DNA of 64,000 bases from Nostoc sp. (GTDB lineage: Bacteria; Cyanobacteriota; Cyanobacteriia; Cyanobacteriales; Nostocaceae): positions 96,001-160,000 of the forward strand of contig JBALDB010000009.1 of NCBI GenBank assembly GCA_036918135.1, written 5' to 3'. The translations under genes were made by a program, and so were the position numbers. The notes beneath the pieces were generated by a model, which was not told the DNA's origin, did not search any database, and saw only the letters and a list, made by a program, of their open reading frames with translations. Positions 41,129 through 51,697 of the stretch are shown piece by piece (position 1 is the stretch's first letter; every line of letters starts with the position of its first letter).

Positions 41129-41809
41129 ATGACTCGCATACATCGATGGAAATCTGGAACTGCTGCACTCATGGCAATGGCTGTTACCACCAGCGTCATT
41201 ACCCCCATGATTACCTTCGCTCCTGCTAATGCACAATATACCGGGCAATATGGAAACGTTACCATTCCTGCTGGAGTGAATTTGCCTGTTACCTACGAAA
41301 AAGAAACAATCTCCATCGTTCCTGGGGAAAGTAAATCTATAACCTTGAGAATAGCAAATGACATTATCGACAGAAATAGAAATGTCTTAATTCCCGCAGG
41401 TACTAAAGTAATTGGACGCTTAGAGCCTGTTGATCTAGATGGTTATTCTAGAAATGATGATAACCAAGGAAAAGGCGTGCGGTTTGTAGCTCAAGAATTA
41501 GAATTTTCTAATCGTCGCCGTCAGTCGATTAATGCAACTTCTCGCACATACACCACAACTCAAAGGGTTTCACAAGGCCCTAACACAGGTCAAGTGTTAA
41601 CTGATGCGGGTATTGGTGCAGGTGCTGGTCTTTTGGGTTCGCTAGTTACTGGTAATAGCAAAATTGATGATTTAAAACCTGTGATTGGTGCAGCCGCAGG
41701 TGCAGGTGCAAGTGTGCTGTTGCGGAAAAAACAAGTGAATGCTTTCGTTATCAGACCCGCACAAGATTTGAGGCTGACACTGAATTCTAACTTGATTCTA
41801 TACCGTTAA
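41129..41809 (+). CDS. Secreted protein with glycine-zipper C-terminus (paralog of 45238 lacking SLH)
   Basis: RWKSGTAALMA signal; VTIPAG, LIPAGT.V.G.L.P, FVAQEL, GAGAG. Confidence 0.8.
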   Translation: MTRIHRWKSGTAALMAMAVTTSVITPMITFAPANAQYTGQYGNVTIPAGVNLPVTYEKETISIVPGESKSITLRIANDIIDRNRNVLIPAGTKVIGRLEPVDLDGYSRNDDNQGKGVRFVAQELEFSNRRRQSINATSRTYTTTQRVSQGPNTGQVLTDAGIGAGAGLLGSLVTGNSKIDDLKPVIGAAAGAGASVLLRKKQVNAFVIRPAQDLRLTLNSNLILYR

Positions 41810-42101
41810 TAGGTTTAACTTTATTCAAGTGGTGAATTTAATCATCCCCTATAGGCGATCGCTACTTTAACTATAGTGGGCGATCGCCTTCATTTTTAAC
41901 CTACAAACCATTCTATTTAACAGCAACTATTCTATCTCTGTATCGTCTTAATCAGTATCGATATTGATTAAAAATTTAATTGCGCTCTTGAAGGAGCTAA
42001 GAAAGTCCGTTTTATTGTATTCTTTATTCAAAAGAGTATTCCAGATTAGAGAATATCTTCATATTTTTGTTAATTAGTGGCGATCGAAGGAGGCTTTTGT
42101 T

Positions 42102-44126
42102 GTGGGAATTAAAAATTTCGGTCTAAAAGCATCTCTTGCAATTCCTGTGGTATTAATTATTTTGGCTGTGGGAGAAAGCATAAAAGTATCTTCAGTTAAG
42201 AATGTCTCTCAGGTATCCACTAACAAAGAAATGAGCTTATCTAGCCGCCAAGTAATCAGCATCAATACAACACCGAAAATATACTACGTTAGTGGTAATG
42301 GTAATGACAAGAACAGCGGACTTTCTGCTTCATCCGCCTTTAGGACAATTCAAAAGGCAGCAGACCTTACCAACCCTGGCGACACAGTATTGATTATGAA
42401 CGGAGTCTACAAAAATTTAGCCAAAGATAAAAGTGTAGTCAGTATTAAACGTTCTGGAACTGCAAATGCATGGATTAAATATAAAGCATATCCCGGACAT
42501 TTTCCTAAAATTCAGCATAATACATGGAACGGTATCCTGATATCTAGTGGAGCTTCATATATCGAGATCAATGGGCTGGAAGTTGTAGGAAACAATGCCA
42601 ATATAACCCTTGATTATGCGATGAGTCAGAAGAATAATAAACAAAATCCACTGACGAGTGGTAACTGCATCAACGTTGACGGACGAACTAGTGGTCACGT
42701 TCATCACATTCGTGTTTTGAACAACAAAGTGCATGACTGTGGAGGAACAGGTATTTCAGCCATGCAATCTGACTATGTGACAGTAGATAATAACGTGGTC
42801 TTTAATAATGCTTGGTATGGTGTTTATGGTTCCAGTGGTATTTCAATGTTGAATAATTGGAATTCTGACAGCAACCAGGGATACAAGATGTATGTTACCA
42901 ACAACAAGACCTACAACAATCGCATGTACATCCCTTGGATCAAAGTTGGAAAGATTACAGACGGTAATGGCATTATTATTGATAGTTCAAGAAATACTCA
43001 AAATAACTTAAATTTGAGTGCATATACAGGACGTACTTTAGTTAAAAATAATCTGACATATAATAATGGTGGTTCAGGCATTCATGCATTTTTAAGCGCT
43101 CATGTTGATATTGTCAATAATACAGCTATTTCAAATAATCAAAGTCCAGAAATTGATAATGGACAAATATTTGCTCATGGGTCATCTGATGTGAAAATTT
43201 TAAGAAATATTCTTTATGCTTATCCTGGTAAGCAGATTAATGATAACGGCAAAAATGACAATGTTGTTTACGATGACAATATATACATTAATGCTTCTAA
43301 GATAAATGTTAAAGGGCCTCATGATATTGTTGCAGACTCACAGTTTTTAAGTAAGCATCCCACTATAGAAAAGATAGCTAACGATTGGCAATCGCAGCAA
43401 GATAGACAAGATCGCTCAATACAAACTTTTGTAGAGCCTAAGTCGCTAAATTTTGCCTGTGAATCAGTAAATTATCCTTTAGAAGGCAAAGTTATTAAAG
43501 TGGGATGCTCTCCACTACTTTTGGCTCAAGCTAATTTTTCTGATGTTTCATCTAACTATTGGGCAGCACAATTTATTCAACAATTATCTCAACGAGGTGT
43601 AATTGCCGGATTTCCTGATGGCAGCTTCCGCCCTGAAGAACCGGTAACACGCGCTCAATTTGCCGCTATGATCGATAAAGCTTTTCCAAAAGCACAACAA
43701 CGTTCGGCAATCAATTTTACTGATGTGCCTAGCAACTATTGGGCATACAGCGCCATTGAGCAAGCCTATAGCATTGGTTTCTTATCAGGATATCCTGGTA
43801 ATCGCTTTCAACCTAACCAAGCTATTCCCCGCCAGCAGGTTTTGGTTTCTCTAGCTAACGGTCTGAAATATACTCCTAATAGCAATACCCAAAGCACTCT
43901 GCAATATTTCAACGATGCTTCTAGCATCGCTAGCTATGCCCGTAGCCCGATTGCCGCAGCAACAAACAAGCAAATTGTGGTGAATTATCCGAATGTGAAG
44001 TTGTTGAATCCAACTGCAAACGCCACTCGCGCCCAGGTAGCAGCTTTTATTTATCAGGCGTTGGTTAGTTCTAATCAAGCCTCACCAATTAACTCGCCCT
44101 ATGTGGTGTCAAAACTCAGCAATTAA
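42102..44126 (+). CDS. Right-handed beta-helix (pectin-lyase-like) protein fused to three SLH domains
   Basis: YYVSGNG.D...G...FRTIQKAA...PGDTV, DGNGIIID; FSDVSSNYWA...TRAQFA. Confidence 0.88.
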   Translation: MGIKNFGLKASLAIPVVLIILAVGESIKVSSVKNVSQVSTNKEMSLSSRQVISINTTPKIYYVSGNGNDKNSGLSASSAFRTIQKAADLTNPGDTVLIMNGVYKNLAKDKSVVSIKRSGTANAWIKYKAYPGHFPKIQHNTWNGILISSGASYIEINGLEVVGNNANITLDYAMSQKNNKQNPLTSGNCINVDGRTSGHVHHIRVLNNKVHDCGGTGISAMQSDYVTVDNNVVFNNAWYGVYGSSGISMLNNWNSDSNQGYKMYVTNNKTYNNRMYIPWIKVGKITDGNGIIIDSSRNTQNNLNLSAYTGRTLVKNNLTYNNGGSGIHAFLSAHVDIVNNTAISNNQSPEIDNGQIFAHGSSDVKILRNILYAYPGKQINDNGKNDNVVYDDNIYINASKINVKGPHDIVADSQFLSKHPTIEKIANDWQSQQDRQDRSIQTFVEPKSLNFACESVNYPLEGKVIKVGCSPLLLAQANFSDVSSNYWAAQFIQQLSQRGVIAGFPDGSFRPEEPVTRAQFAAMIDKAFPKAQQRSAINFTDVPSNYWAYSAIEQAYSIGFLSGYPGNRFQPNQAIPRQQVLVSLANGLKYTPNSNTQSTLQYFNDASSIASYARSPIAAATNKQIVVNYPNVKLLNPTANATRAQVAAFIYQALVSSNQASPINSPYVVSKLSN

Positions 44127-44203
44127 GTTGCTTTATGTCATGGTTGTCAGGTCTGTTACCCCAACACCTGTATGATAATCATGTCTGGTTGAATAATTAT
44201 AAT

Positions 44204-44300
44204 TAGGGACTGATAAATAGAAAATATTCAATTTTTCTTGTAGCGTGGACGAGACGCCCACCCCACGAAATTGAATAATTTATTTATTGGTAACCCCTTA
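44204..44300. mobile_element. Degenerate MITE with internal REP-like hairpin
   Basis: AGGGAC..AATAGAAAATATTCAA versus TTGAATAATTTATTTATTGG..CCCT. Confidence 0.5.
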
Positions 44301-44319
44301 GGACTTGTCTTCGTCTTTA

Positions 44320-44598
44320 GAGGATGTTTGAAAAGTTTTGGTCGAATATAATTCGCTACTACACAAGCGAAGTCAGCCTGCACGGACTAATTAAAAATCA
44401 AAGGTTTGAAACCCAGAATCGGTAGCTTTTGTCTGTATAGCCGCGATTTCTAATCGCCAGGGCTGGTATTATAGCAGAAGGCAGGAGGCTTTAGCGCGGA
44501 GGCAGGAGGTAAAACTATTGCTAACTCTAGCATTCACTCTTTCCAAGTGTCCTAAAGAGTGTGACTAAGGCTATAATTTAGACTTTTCAAACAACCTC
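44320..44598. mobile_element. MITE with 17-bp TIRs, TTA target duplication and a nested TATAGC element (44470-44575)
   Basis: GAGGATGTTTGAAAAGT / ACTTTTCAAACAACCTC, both flanked by TTA. Confidence 0.8.
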
Positions 44599-44715
44599 TT
44601 AGACTTGCACAGAATTTCAAGAGCAGAGCGAATTTTAACTTGAATTTATCAATACAATTTTGTTATTAGATTTAACTTTATTCAAGTTGTAATTCTAATC
44701 ATTCCCAAAGGCGAT

Positions 44716-44855
44716 GGGAAGCATCCTATTTTTGCAGATTTACCAAGATAATAGATTGTCATTGCCAATGAAGTAAAGCGGAATGTAAACGAAGCCTACA
44801 TTCCATTTAATTACGCTCGCAATGACAATATGTGTTTTTACACAGGGATGCTCCC
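44716..44855. mobile_element. 140-bp MITE with 8-bp target duplication at a HIP1 site
   Basis: AAGGCGAT | GGGAAGCATCC ... GGGATGCTCCC | AAGGCGAT; internal TTGTCATTGC/GCAATGACAA stem. Confidence 0.8.
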
Positions 44856-45237
44856 AAGGCGATCGCCTTTATTTTTTAGCCGAAAAAATCTATTGTGGTG
44901 CAACTATTCTATCTCTATATCGTCTTACTAAGTATTGATAGTGGAAATACTTATTTAATAACCTGAATCGCTAAAAGCTTTAATTTATATAGGTTTAATT
45001 GAAGAACTAAACTTAAAATCTCTGGTACTTTGTTGGATTTGACTACGTTTAATCCAACCTACTGGGTGATTATATTATTACCTATTTCCTAGTTTTTTGA
45101 TAGAAAATTTAAAATTTTAACTATCTATTACTTAAGTAATACTTTTTTCAAAAAAACAAATTTTTGGGAACCTCTAATTTCAACTTGTGTCTAATTAATT
45201 AACAGTAAATAATTAATTTAAATGGAGTAAAAAACTA

Positions 45238-46479
45238 ATGTTTACTTTAAAGCGTTGGCAATCTGGAACAGCTGCATTCATGGCTTTGAGCGTCACAGTT
45301 GGAACTGTAGCACCCTTGATAACAGCTACACCTTCTTTTGCTCAAACTACTTTTTCTGATGTTTCATCTAATTATTGGGCAGCAGATTTTATTCAACAAT
45401 TATCACAACGAGGTGTGATTGCCGGATTTCCTGATGGTAGTTTCCGTCCTGAAGAAGCAGTAACACGCGCTCAATTTGCTGCTATGGTCAACAAAGCTTT
45501 CCAAAAATCACAACAGCGATCGCCAATCAATTTTGCTGATGTGCCTAGCAACTATTGGGCATACAGCGCTATTGAGCAAGCTTATACTATTGGTTTCTTA
45601 TCAGGATATCCTGGTAATCGCTTTGAACCTAACCAAGCTATTCCTCGCCAACAGGTTTTAGTTTCCCTCGCTAATGGTCTGGATTATACTGCTAGTGCTA
45701 ATACCGAAAGCACTCTGCAATACTTCAACGATGCTTCCAACATTGCAAGCTATGCCCGTAGCCCCATCGCAGCAGCGACTGAGAAGCAAATCGTGGTCAA
45801 CTATCCAAATGTGAAATTCCTCAATCCAACTGCAACCGCTACTCGCGCCCAAGTAGCAGCTTTTATTTACCAAGCATTGGTTAGTTCTAATCAAGCCTCA
45901 GCAATTAACTCACCCTACATCGTGGCTGTAGGGTCTACTACCCCAACACCTGTAGCTGTGACAATTCCCCAAGGCACTGCTATCCCCGTGAAGTATGACA
46001 AGGCAGAAAAAATTCTGGTGACAAAGGACGAAACAGCACCTTTGACACTGACAGTATCCCAAAATGTAGTTACACCAGAAGGATCTGTAGTGATTCCTGC
46101 TGGTAGTCAAGTTATCGGTCAACTCAAACCTGCTACAGGTGGTTCTCAATTCGTTGCTGAAAAACTAGTTTTGACCACAGGTCAAGAATATCAACTTAAC
46201 GCTAGTTCTGAAGTGATTACCAAAACTCAAACCATCAAAAAGGGTATTAGTACTGGAGCAATCATCAAGGATACTGTATTAGGTGCAGGAGCGGCAGCTG
46301 CGGTATCTGGCGTCACTGGCGATCGCGCCATTGCCACAGAAGAAGTCTTGGGTGGTGCTGGCATTGGTGCATTAGTTGGTCTGTTCTTTGGTAAGAAGAG
46401 TGTTGATTTAATTGCAATTGACCCAAATACCGATTTACAAATGACAATCAATCAAAACTTGTTGGTTTCGCTCAGATAG
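45238..46479 (+). CDS. S-layer homology domain protein
   Basis: Signal peptide, 3 SLH repeats, C-terminal domain with Gly zipper. Confidence 0.9.
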   Translation: MFTLKRWQSGTAAFMALSVTVGTVAPLITATPSFAQTTFSDVSSNYWAADFIQQLSQRGVIAGFPDGSFRPEEAVTRAQFAAMVNKAFQKSQQRSPINFADVPSNYWAYSAIEQAYTIGFLSGYPGNRFEPNQAIPRQQVLVSLANGLDYTASANTESTLQYFNDASNIASYARSPIAAATEKQIVVNYPNVKFLNPTATATRAQVAAFIYQALVSSNQASAINSPYIVAVGSTTPTPVAVTIPQGTAIPVKYDKAEKILVTKDETAPLTLTVSQNVVTPEGSVVIPAGSQVIGQLKPATGGSQFVAEKLVLTTGQEYQLNASSEVITKTQTIKKGISTGAIIKDTVLGAGAAAAVSGVTGDRAIATEEVLGGAGIGALVGLFFGKKSVDLIAIDPNTDLQMTINQNLLVSLR

Positions 46480-46506
46480 TCATTAGTCATTAGTATTTAC
46501 AAATGA

Positions 46507-47859
46507 CTAATTCTCAACTTCCGGTAACCAAATAATAAACGTAGTTCCTGGTCTATTGGGTGAAGTTAAGTCAGAATTGATTGCAGGGCTGAAAACTTCG
46601 ATTTCGCCCTGCATTTGTTCTATTAACTGTTTAGCGATCGCTAAGCCCAAACCTGTGCCGGGGATTTGGGTTTGCGCTTGTACGCCCCGGTAATGCCGTT
46701 CTCCAAGATGCTTTAAATCTTCAGGTGGAATGCCAGGGCCGTTGTCACTAATAACAATTCCTTGAAAATTAGTTTTTTGTTGCCCAGCCCGGATTAAAAT
46801 TTTACCACCAGCAGGAGTGTATTTCAATGCATTATCGATGATGTTATTTAAGACTTCTCGTAATGCTTTGGTGTTGGCACGTACTAAGGGCAAATTTTGC
46901 TTAATTTCGGTTATTAATTTGAGTTTTCGTTCTTGTGCTATTGCTCTGGCTGATATTAATGATGGTTCTAAAATATCTGCCAGCGAACACTCAACTGCTT
47001 TATCTCCGGTTCCCGGCAATAATAAAGGCGGTTTAGCATCTTTTTGGACAGTTGCTTCTACAAATACTTCATTTTCCGGCAGATGTAGTGGTGCTAAATC
47101 TGCCTCTGTCAAGTCGATTACTTGCTCGAATTGTTGCAGTAATTCTTGCAGGCGATCGCTTTCCCGCACTATGCTATTTGCCACATCTCGATTAGTGTCT
47201 GCCGGTCGCAGTCGTTTTAATAAAAGTTTACCAAAAGTCCGCAACGCTGTTAATGGGTTACGAAACTGATGCAAGAGGTTATCTAACAAATCCTGCTGTT
47301 TTTCTTGGAGAATTTGTTGCTCGTGCAACTGTTGCTGTAACCATACACGTCGCTGATCTAAAATACAAGCGATCGCCAGTGTTTGGGCTATGTGTTGAAT
47401 CTGACTTTGCTCGTGTTCGTTCCATTCCCGGTCTTCTCTACCAGTCACCAATAGGCCCATCATCACACCCTCATAGACCAGAGGTAAAACAATTTGGTTA
47501 CCACTTAGAAGATATTCCTCTTGTAAATCAGGTTGAGACGCATCTGGTATCCCAGACTCCTGTGACGAGGTTGAAGATTCCGATCCTGCTGTCAGTAACC
47601 TTTGGTGATGGGGTAATACTAATGTATTTCCAATTTTAAGTTTCTTGGGTAGTGTGGTCTGGACAGTTTCCTCTGCTTGCGGTAATAATGCTGTTTCCGG
47701 GTAAATCATTACAGGAATTAGTTTTGCCTCACCAGAGGGAGTTTCTACCAATTCTTGTGTTAGGTACACAATACTTAAAGTTGCTCCCAACCCTTGGGTC
47801 AGCAGTGCTACTTGCTCTCGGCACAGAGCAAGAAAATCAGAACTGGCAGACATTAACAT
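46507..47859 (-). CDS. hik2: GAF sensor histidine kinase, Hik2/CSK-like
   Basis: N-terminal FLALCREQ..LL, LAIACILDQ, atypical H-box LHQFRNPL. Confidence 0.7.
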   Translation of the reverse strand: MLMSASSDFLALCREQVALLTQGLGATLSIVYLTQELVETPSGEAKLIPVMIYPETALLPQAEETVQTTLPKKLKIGNTLVLPHHQRLLTAGSESSTSSQESGIPDASQPDLQEEYLLSGNQIVLPLVYEGVMMGLLVTGREDREWNEHEQSQIQHIAQTLAIACILDQRRVWLQQQLHEQQILQEKQQDLLDNLLHQFRNPLTALRTFGKLLLKRLRPADTNRDVANSIVRESDRLQELLQQFEQVIDLTEADLAPLHLPENEVFVEATVQKDAKPPLLLPGTGDKAVECSLADILEPSLISARAIAQERKLKLITEIKQNLPLVRANTKALREVLNNIIDNALKYTPAGGKILIRAGQQKTNFQGIVISDNGPGIPPEDLKHLGERHYRGVQAQTQIPGTGLGLAIAKQLIEQMQGEIEVFSPAINSDLTSPNRPGTTFIIWLPEVEN

Positions 47860-48085
47860 TTTTTAGCTCTTGCTCAAGATTACAGATTTTGAGGCATGAT
47901 AAAGAGAGGATAATTAATTTTTACCTTATTCTTTTAATACAGCTTAACTAAAATCTTCTGAGTAATGTTTTGTACCAGGGAATTCTATCCTTAGAGAGTT
48001 TTGTTTTATCTATACTTCTAAATATATTAATTTTATGGGATCAAAAGTTAAAAAACTATTGATTTTTTGAACTAGAACTCCTATA

Positions 48086-48463
48086 ATGACGACGGATTTT
48101 GTAGCTATCACTACAATCTATAGCTTGAAAGAGGAGGACAATAGATTGGCAAGGAGACGCAAAAGAAAAAGTCGTCGTCGCCAGGAAGGACGGCGGATTC
48201 TGGAACATGTGCCTCAATATAGCATCGAAAGTGGCGAAGAAAAACCTGTGACAGCAGCGAGAAGGTTCATTCAAGCTGAAGGTATTTTGCCACCTGCGTT
48301 GCTACTCGTAAAGCGAAACGAACACACCACAGACCGTTATTTCTGGGCAGAAAAGGGACTGTTTGGTGCCCAATACGTAGAGGAAAACCATTTCTTGTTT
48401 CCCAGCTTAAGGACTTTAGAGGCTCCTACAGGTCAAGAAGCTCTAGCTTTAACTGCTCGCTGA
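48086..48463 (+). CDS. DUF3155-like protein (start probably TTG near 48146)
   Basis: ARRRKRKSRRR, KPVTAARRFI, RNEHTTDRYFWAEKGLF. Confidence 0.8.
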   Translation: MTTDFVAITTIYSLKEEDNRLARRRKRKSRRRQEGRRILEHVPQYSIESGEEKPVTAARRFIQAEGILPPALLLVKRNEHTTDRYFWAEKGLFGAQYVEENHFLFPSLRTLEAPTGQEALALTAR

Positions 48464-48914
48464 AACTATAAATGGTCATCTCACACACTTAATATCGCTC
48501 CTGACTATAATTAACTGGCAAAATTGCTAAGTTTATGCAAAATTTAATTTTTTTAGTTTGTAGGTGATTTGCCAGTCAACCTAGTTGAGGTAATTGGAAA
48601 GCCAAATTCTCTCAAACCACGCTAGCTTGTATGGCTTGGTAATGGTTTGTAAGATGATCGAGGGAGTGGGTATAGAGCCAAGCGTGGTAAAAAGCGCTAG
48701 TGAAGTTGCGTTCTTTATCGTAGTAGATTGTAAAGCAAGCTTTGTCAAAGAATTTAGATGAATAAATTTAAATTTTTTCCAAGGACATAAGTTATGGAAA
48801 AAACTGACAAAGTAACAGTCTTCATTTTCTCCTTACTACTTTCCATTGCTACAAGAGCAGGTCAGTCAAAAACGGAGCATCTCATAGTTAAGAAACGATC
48901 GTCAATACCAACAA

Positions 48915-49445
48915 TTATTCACCAGCCTTTAACTGTAGAGTCCTCCGTAACTGGGTGAGTTCATCTCGATGGGCAACTACAGTTATCTTACTTGAGGAGG
49001 TTTGTTCGCTCTGAGTAGTTTCTACCTTGAGCAACACCTTCTCAAGTCTTCCAGATTTTTTCCAATAAAACAGACCGCTTAAAGGCGACAGCAGTACCAC
49101 AGCCAGAACAAAGCTACTGAGGCTAGGAAAAAGTAGGTATACTACCAACGACAGACAAACAATACCAGTAGCTGCTAGCAAAGTAAGAAATATTGCTAAA
49201 AACCAACTAGGGCGAACATTACCTTCAAAAGTGACTGCGTTTTGTTCTCGATCTACCGCTGCCACTCGGTAAGACCGCGATTGAAAATACTCTTTTAATT
49301 GCAACATCAAAGCAGTTTCATCTTGCTCAGATACCAAGTGCGCTGTTTCTGTGCGGTCTTTAGTCGAAGCACGAATAAAGAAAAACAGCCCAACTGATAA
49401 CAACAACGTTAACAGCAACGTAGATGGCAGAATAGCAGTATCCAT
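48915..49445 (-). CDS. ccb1: Cofactor assembly of complex C subunit B (CCB1)
   Basis: GLFFFIRASTKDR, FEG.V.PS, FYWKK..R.E, AHRDE. Confidence 0.85.
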   Translation of the reverse strand: MDTAILPSTLLLTLLLSVGLFFFIRASTKDRTETAHLVSEQDETALMLQLKEYFQSRSYRVAAVDREQNAVTFEGNVRPSWFLAIFLTLLAATGIVCLSLVVYLLFPSLSSFVLAVVLLSPLSGLFYWKKSGRLEKVLLKVETTQSEQTSSSKITVVAHRDELTQLRRTLQLKAGE

Positions 49446-49497
49446 GACTAATTGTTATTATTTGATTGGAGGAGACTTATTCATTATCAATTATTCG

Positions 49498-49845
49498 TTA
49501 CTTTGTTCGCACGTTGATGTAGTCTTGCCAAAGAAAAGCTAAATCCTGCGCTTGAACTTGCCATTCTGGAGAAACTAGGTACATCCGCCTGGGGCGTCCC
49601 CGTCCTTCGAGTTTTTTCCAATATCCATTAATTGCCTTTTCGTCTTCCAGAAACTTAATTGCACCATAAAGTACAGTATCCGAAAGCCTATAGGTAGGAT
49701 ATTCAATTTCTAATCGTTGGATTAACTCAGTTCCGTAAGATTCGCCTTCTAACAAAATAGACAGTATGTAACAAAGTGCTAATTCCTGACAAAGGTAAGT
49801 TGGCGGAGGATTTTCAAAGAATTGATATACATCCTCAAGTTTCAT
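49498..49845 (-). CDS. pex: PadR-family circadian period extender Pex
   Basis: PPPTYLCQELA.CY, SYGTELI, SDTVLY, GRGRPRRMY. Confidence 0.9.
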   Translation of the reverse strand: MKLEDVYQFFENPPPTYLCQELALCYILSILLEGESYGTELIQRLEIEYPTYRLSDTVLYGAIKFLEDEKAINGYWKKLEGRGRPRRMYLVSPEWQVQAQDLAFLWQDYINVRTK

Positions 49846-50648
49846 AGTTAGTGAATGGCTAAAAAAGCGCCTTAGGGTAAGGTCTACAATTTTTGTAGTC
49901 AGTATATACTGCTACTCTCAAATGAGTAATATATATAAAGCTACTTAAGTCAGATTTCCAAAGCGAAAACACCAAATTATTACCCACACCTGTGAAAATT
50001 GTGGGAGTAGTTTGTGAGTTTTAAAGACAGGATAGTATACTCCTACTCAAACTAAATCAGGTATGTTGAGGAGGGAACAGACAGTGTTGAAGTCACTGTT
50101 TTGGTGTTAAGTGATGCCGAGCTTGCTAGAACTGCTTAAGCAATAAGATGCCATCCAAAAAATTTTACAAGTAAAATGCTATTTTGTCTGTACAACTTAA
50201 TAAACACTTTGTTTTACAGTAATTTTCCAAAAGTAAATTTTAAAAATTTAAGCTAAAAAATATGTTTAGTTCAAAGTGCTACGCCTTTGGACATAGCTGG
50301 GCAGTAACTATTACTGATTTTCTAGACTTGAGATCCTCTAGTGCTATCTGGTAAATGTGATAATAAATTTATCAAAAACAGCCTAAGTGAGGAAAAACAA
50401 AACGAATACAGCACGAGATACTCTGACGCTTTCAAGAAACACAGTAAGTGAGGAAGAAAGTGTTTGTTCGATCCATAACTGATTGTAGTTAGTGTCAGTG
50501 AGTTGCTTTTAAAGAACTTTTTGCATCAAACTGTCATAGTATTCAGAGTATCCACACGGACAGTGCAGCCTTCACTATGAATGAAAAAACAATTTCTTCC
50601 TTTACTCCTTATCTTTCTTAAAAGCACCCAGCACATTGGTGATTCAAC

Positions 50649-51227
50649 ATGTCACAAACTCCCAATGCCTCGTCATCTTCCTCTAATCTCCGGGCAATTG
50701 CCCAAACCTTCCGCCTTGCAGGCTGGATTAGCTTTTGGATTCAGCTAGTGTTAGGTGTTATTTCTGGGATAATTGTGCTGCTGTTTGGCATCTTTAATCA
50801 AAGAGCTGGCAGTCCTAATAATAATCCTGGGACTGGCTTTGGCGTATTTTTAGCAGTTTGTGGACTGGTTATTTTAGGTGTGGGCATTTATTTAGCTTAC
50901 CGCTACACCAGAATTGGCAAACAACTGGAATCTTCCAATCCCAGCAACCGCCCTCGCAAAAGCGAAACTGTGCAGATATTACGCTTAGGACTGTGGCTGA
51001 ATTTAGGAGGAATACTGGTGACTCTTTTGGGAGCGCAGGCGATCGTTGGTACGCTAGTAGCAAGATCCATATCTCCCCAAGCGATAACTACCCAATTTTT
51101 TGATCCCACCCGAATTATTAGCGGTCTAGATATGCTTGTTGTACAGGCAAATACCAACACTGTATCAGCCCACTTTGCAGGACTTGTGGGGTCGCTTTGG
51201 TTACTTAATCGCATCAACAAAGCGTAG
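50649..51227 (+). CDS. DUF3611 (Tic21/PIC1-like) membrane protein
   Basis: GWISFWIQLVLG, LDMLVVQANTN...AHF. Confidence 0.82.
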   Translation: MSQTPNASSSSSNLRAIAQTFRLAGWISFWIQLVLGVISGIIVLLFGIFNQRAGSPNNNPGTGFGVFLAVCGLVILGVGIYLAYRYTRIGKQLESSNPSNRPRKSETVQILRLGLWLNLGGILVTLLGAQAIVGTLVARSISPQAITTQFFDPTRIISGLDMLVVQANTNTVSAHFAGLVGSLWLLNRINKA

Positions 51228-51697
51228 AAAAAGTAGTTAAAAGCAAAAGTATAGCTAAAAATCTATACTTCTTTTGACTGATTTTATGGGGTAATTTTCT
51301 CCTTTTATTGAAAGCTTAAATAGCAAATAATTTAAATGTATTTGTGTACTTTAGCAAAATTTTTAAAATGCAGTGTGAGTAATAACACGAGTTGCTTATA
51401 TTAACATCTACCTAGAAGCTGATATTATAATTTTTATCAAATTTATTAATGGTCAACACCTACCACTGATATTTCTCACTTTCGGATTTAAGATTGCAAT
51501 AGCTACCTTTATCTACCAATACTCCCCAGGCTGAAAATCAGAGAATTAACACTAAATTTGGATTTTAAATTTTTCTAGCCGTGGCAAGATTGGTAGGACA
51601 AAACTTTTATGTTTGCTTTTCTGCTCATGGCAAGGCAAAATCAGTATATGCTGGGGTGTTGGCAGGAAGACAATAGGCTAAAAACTGAGAAAAATCT

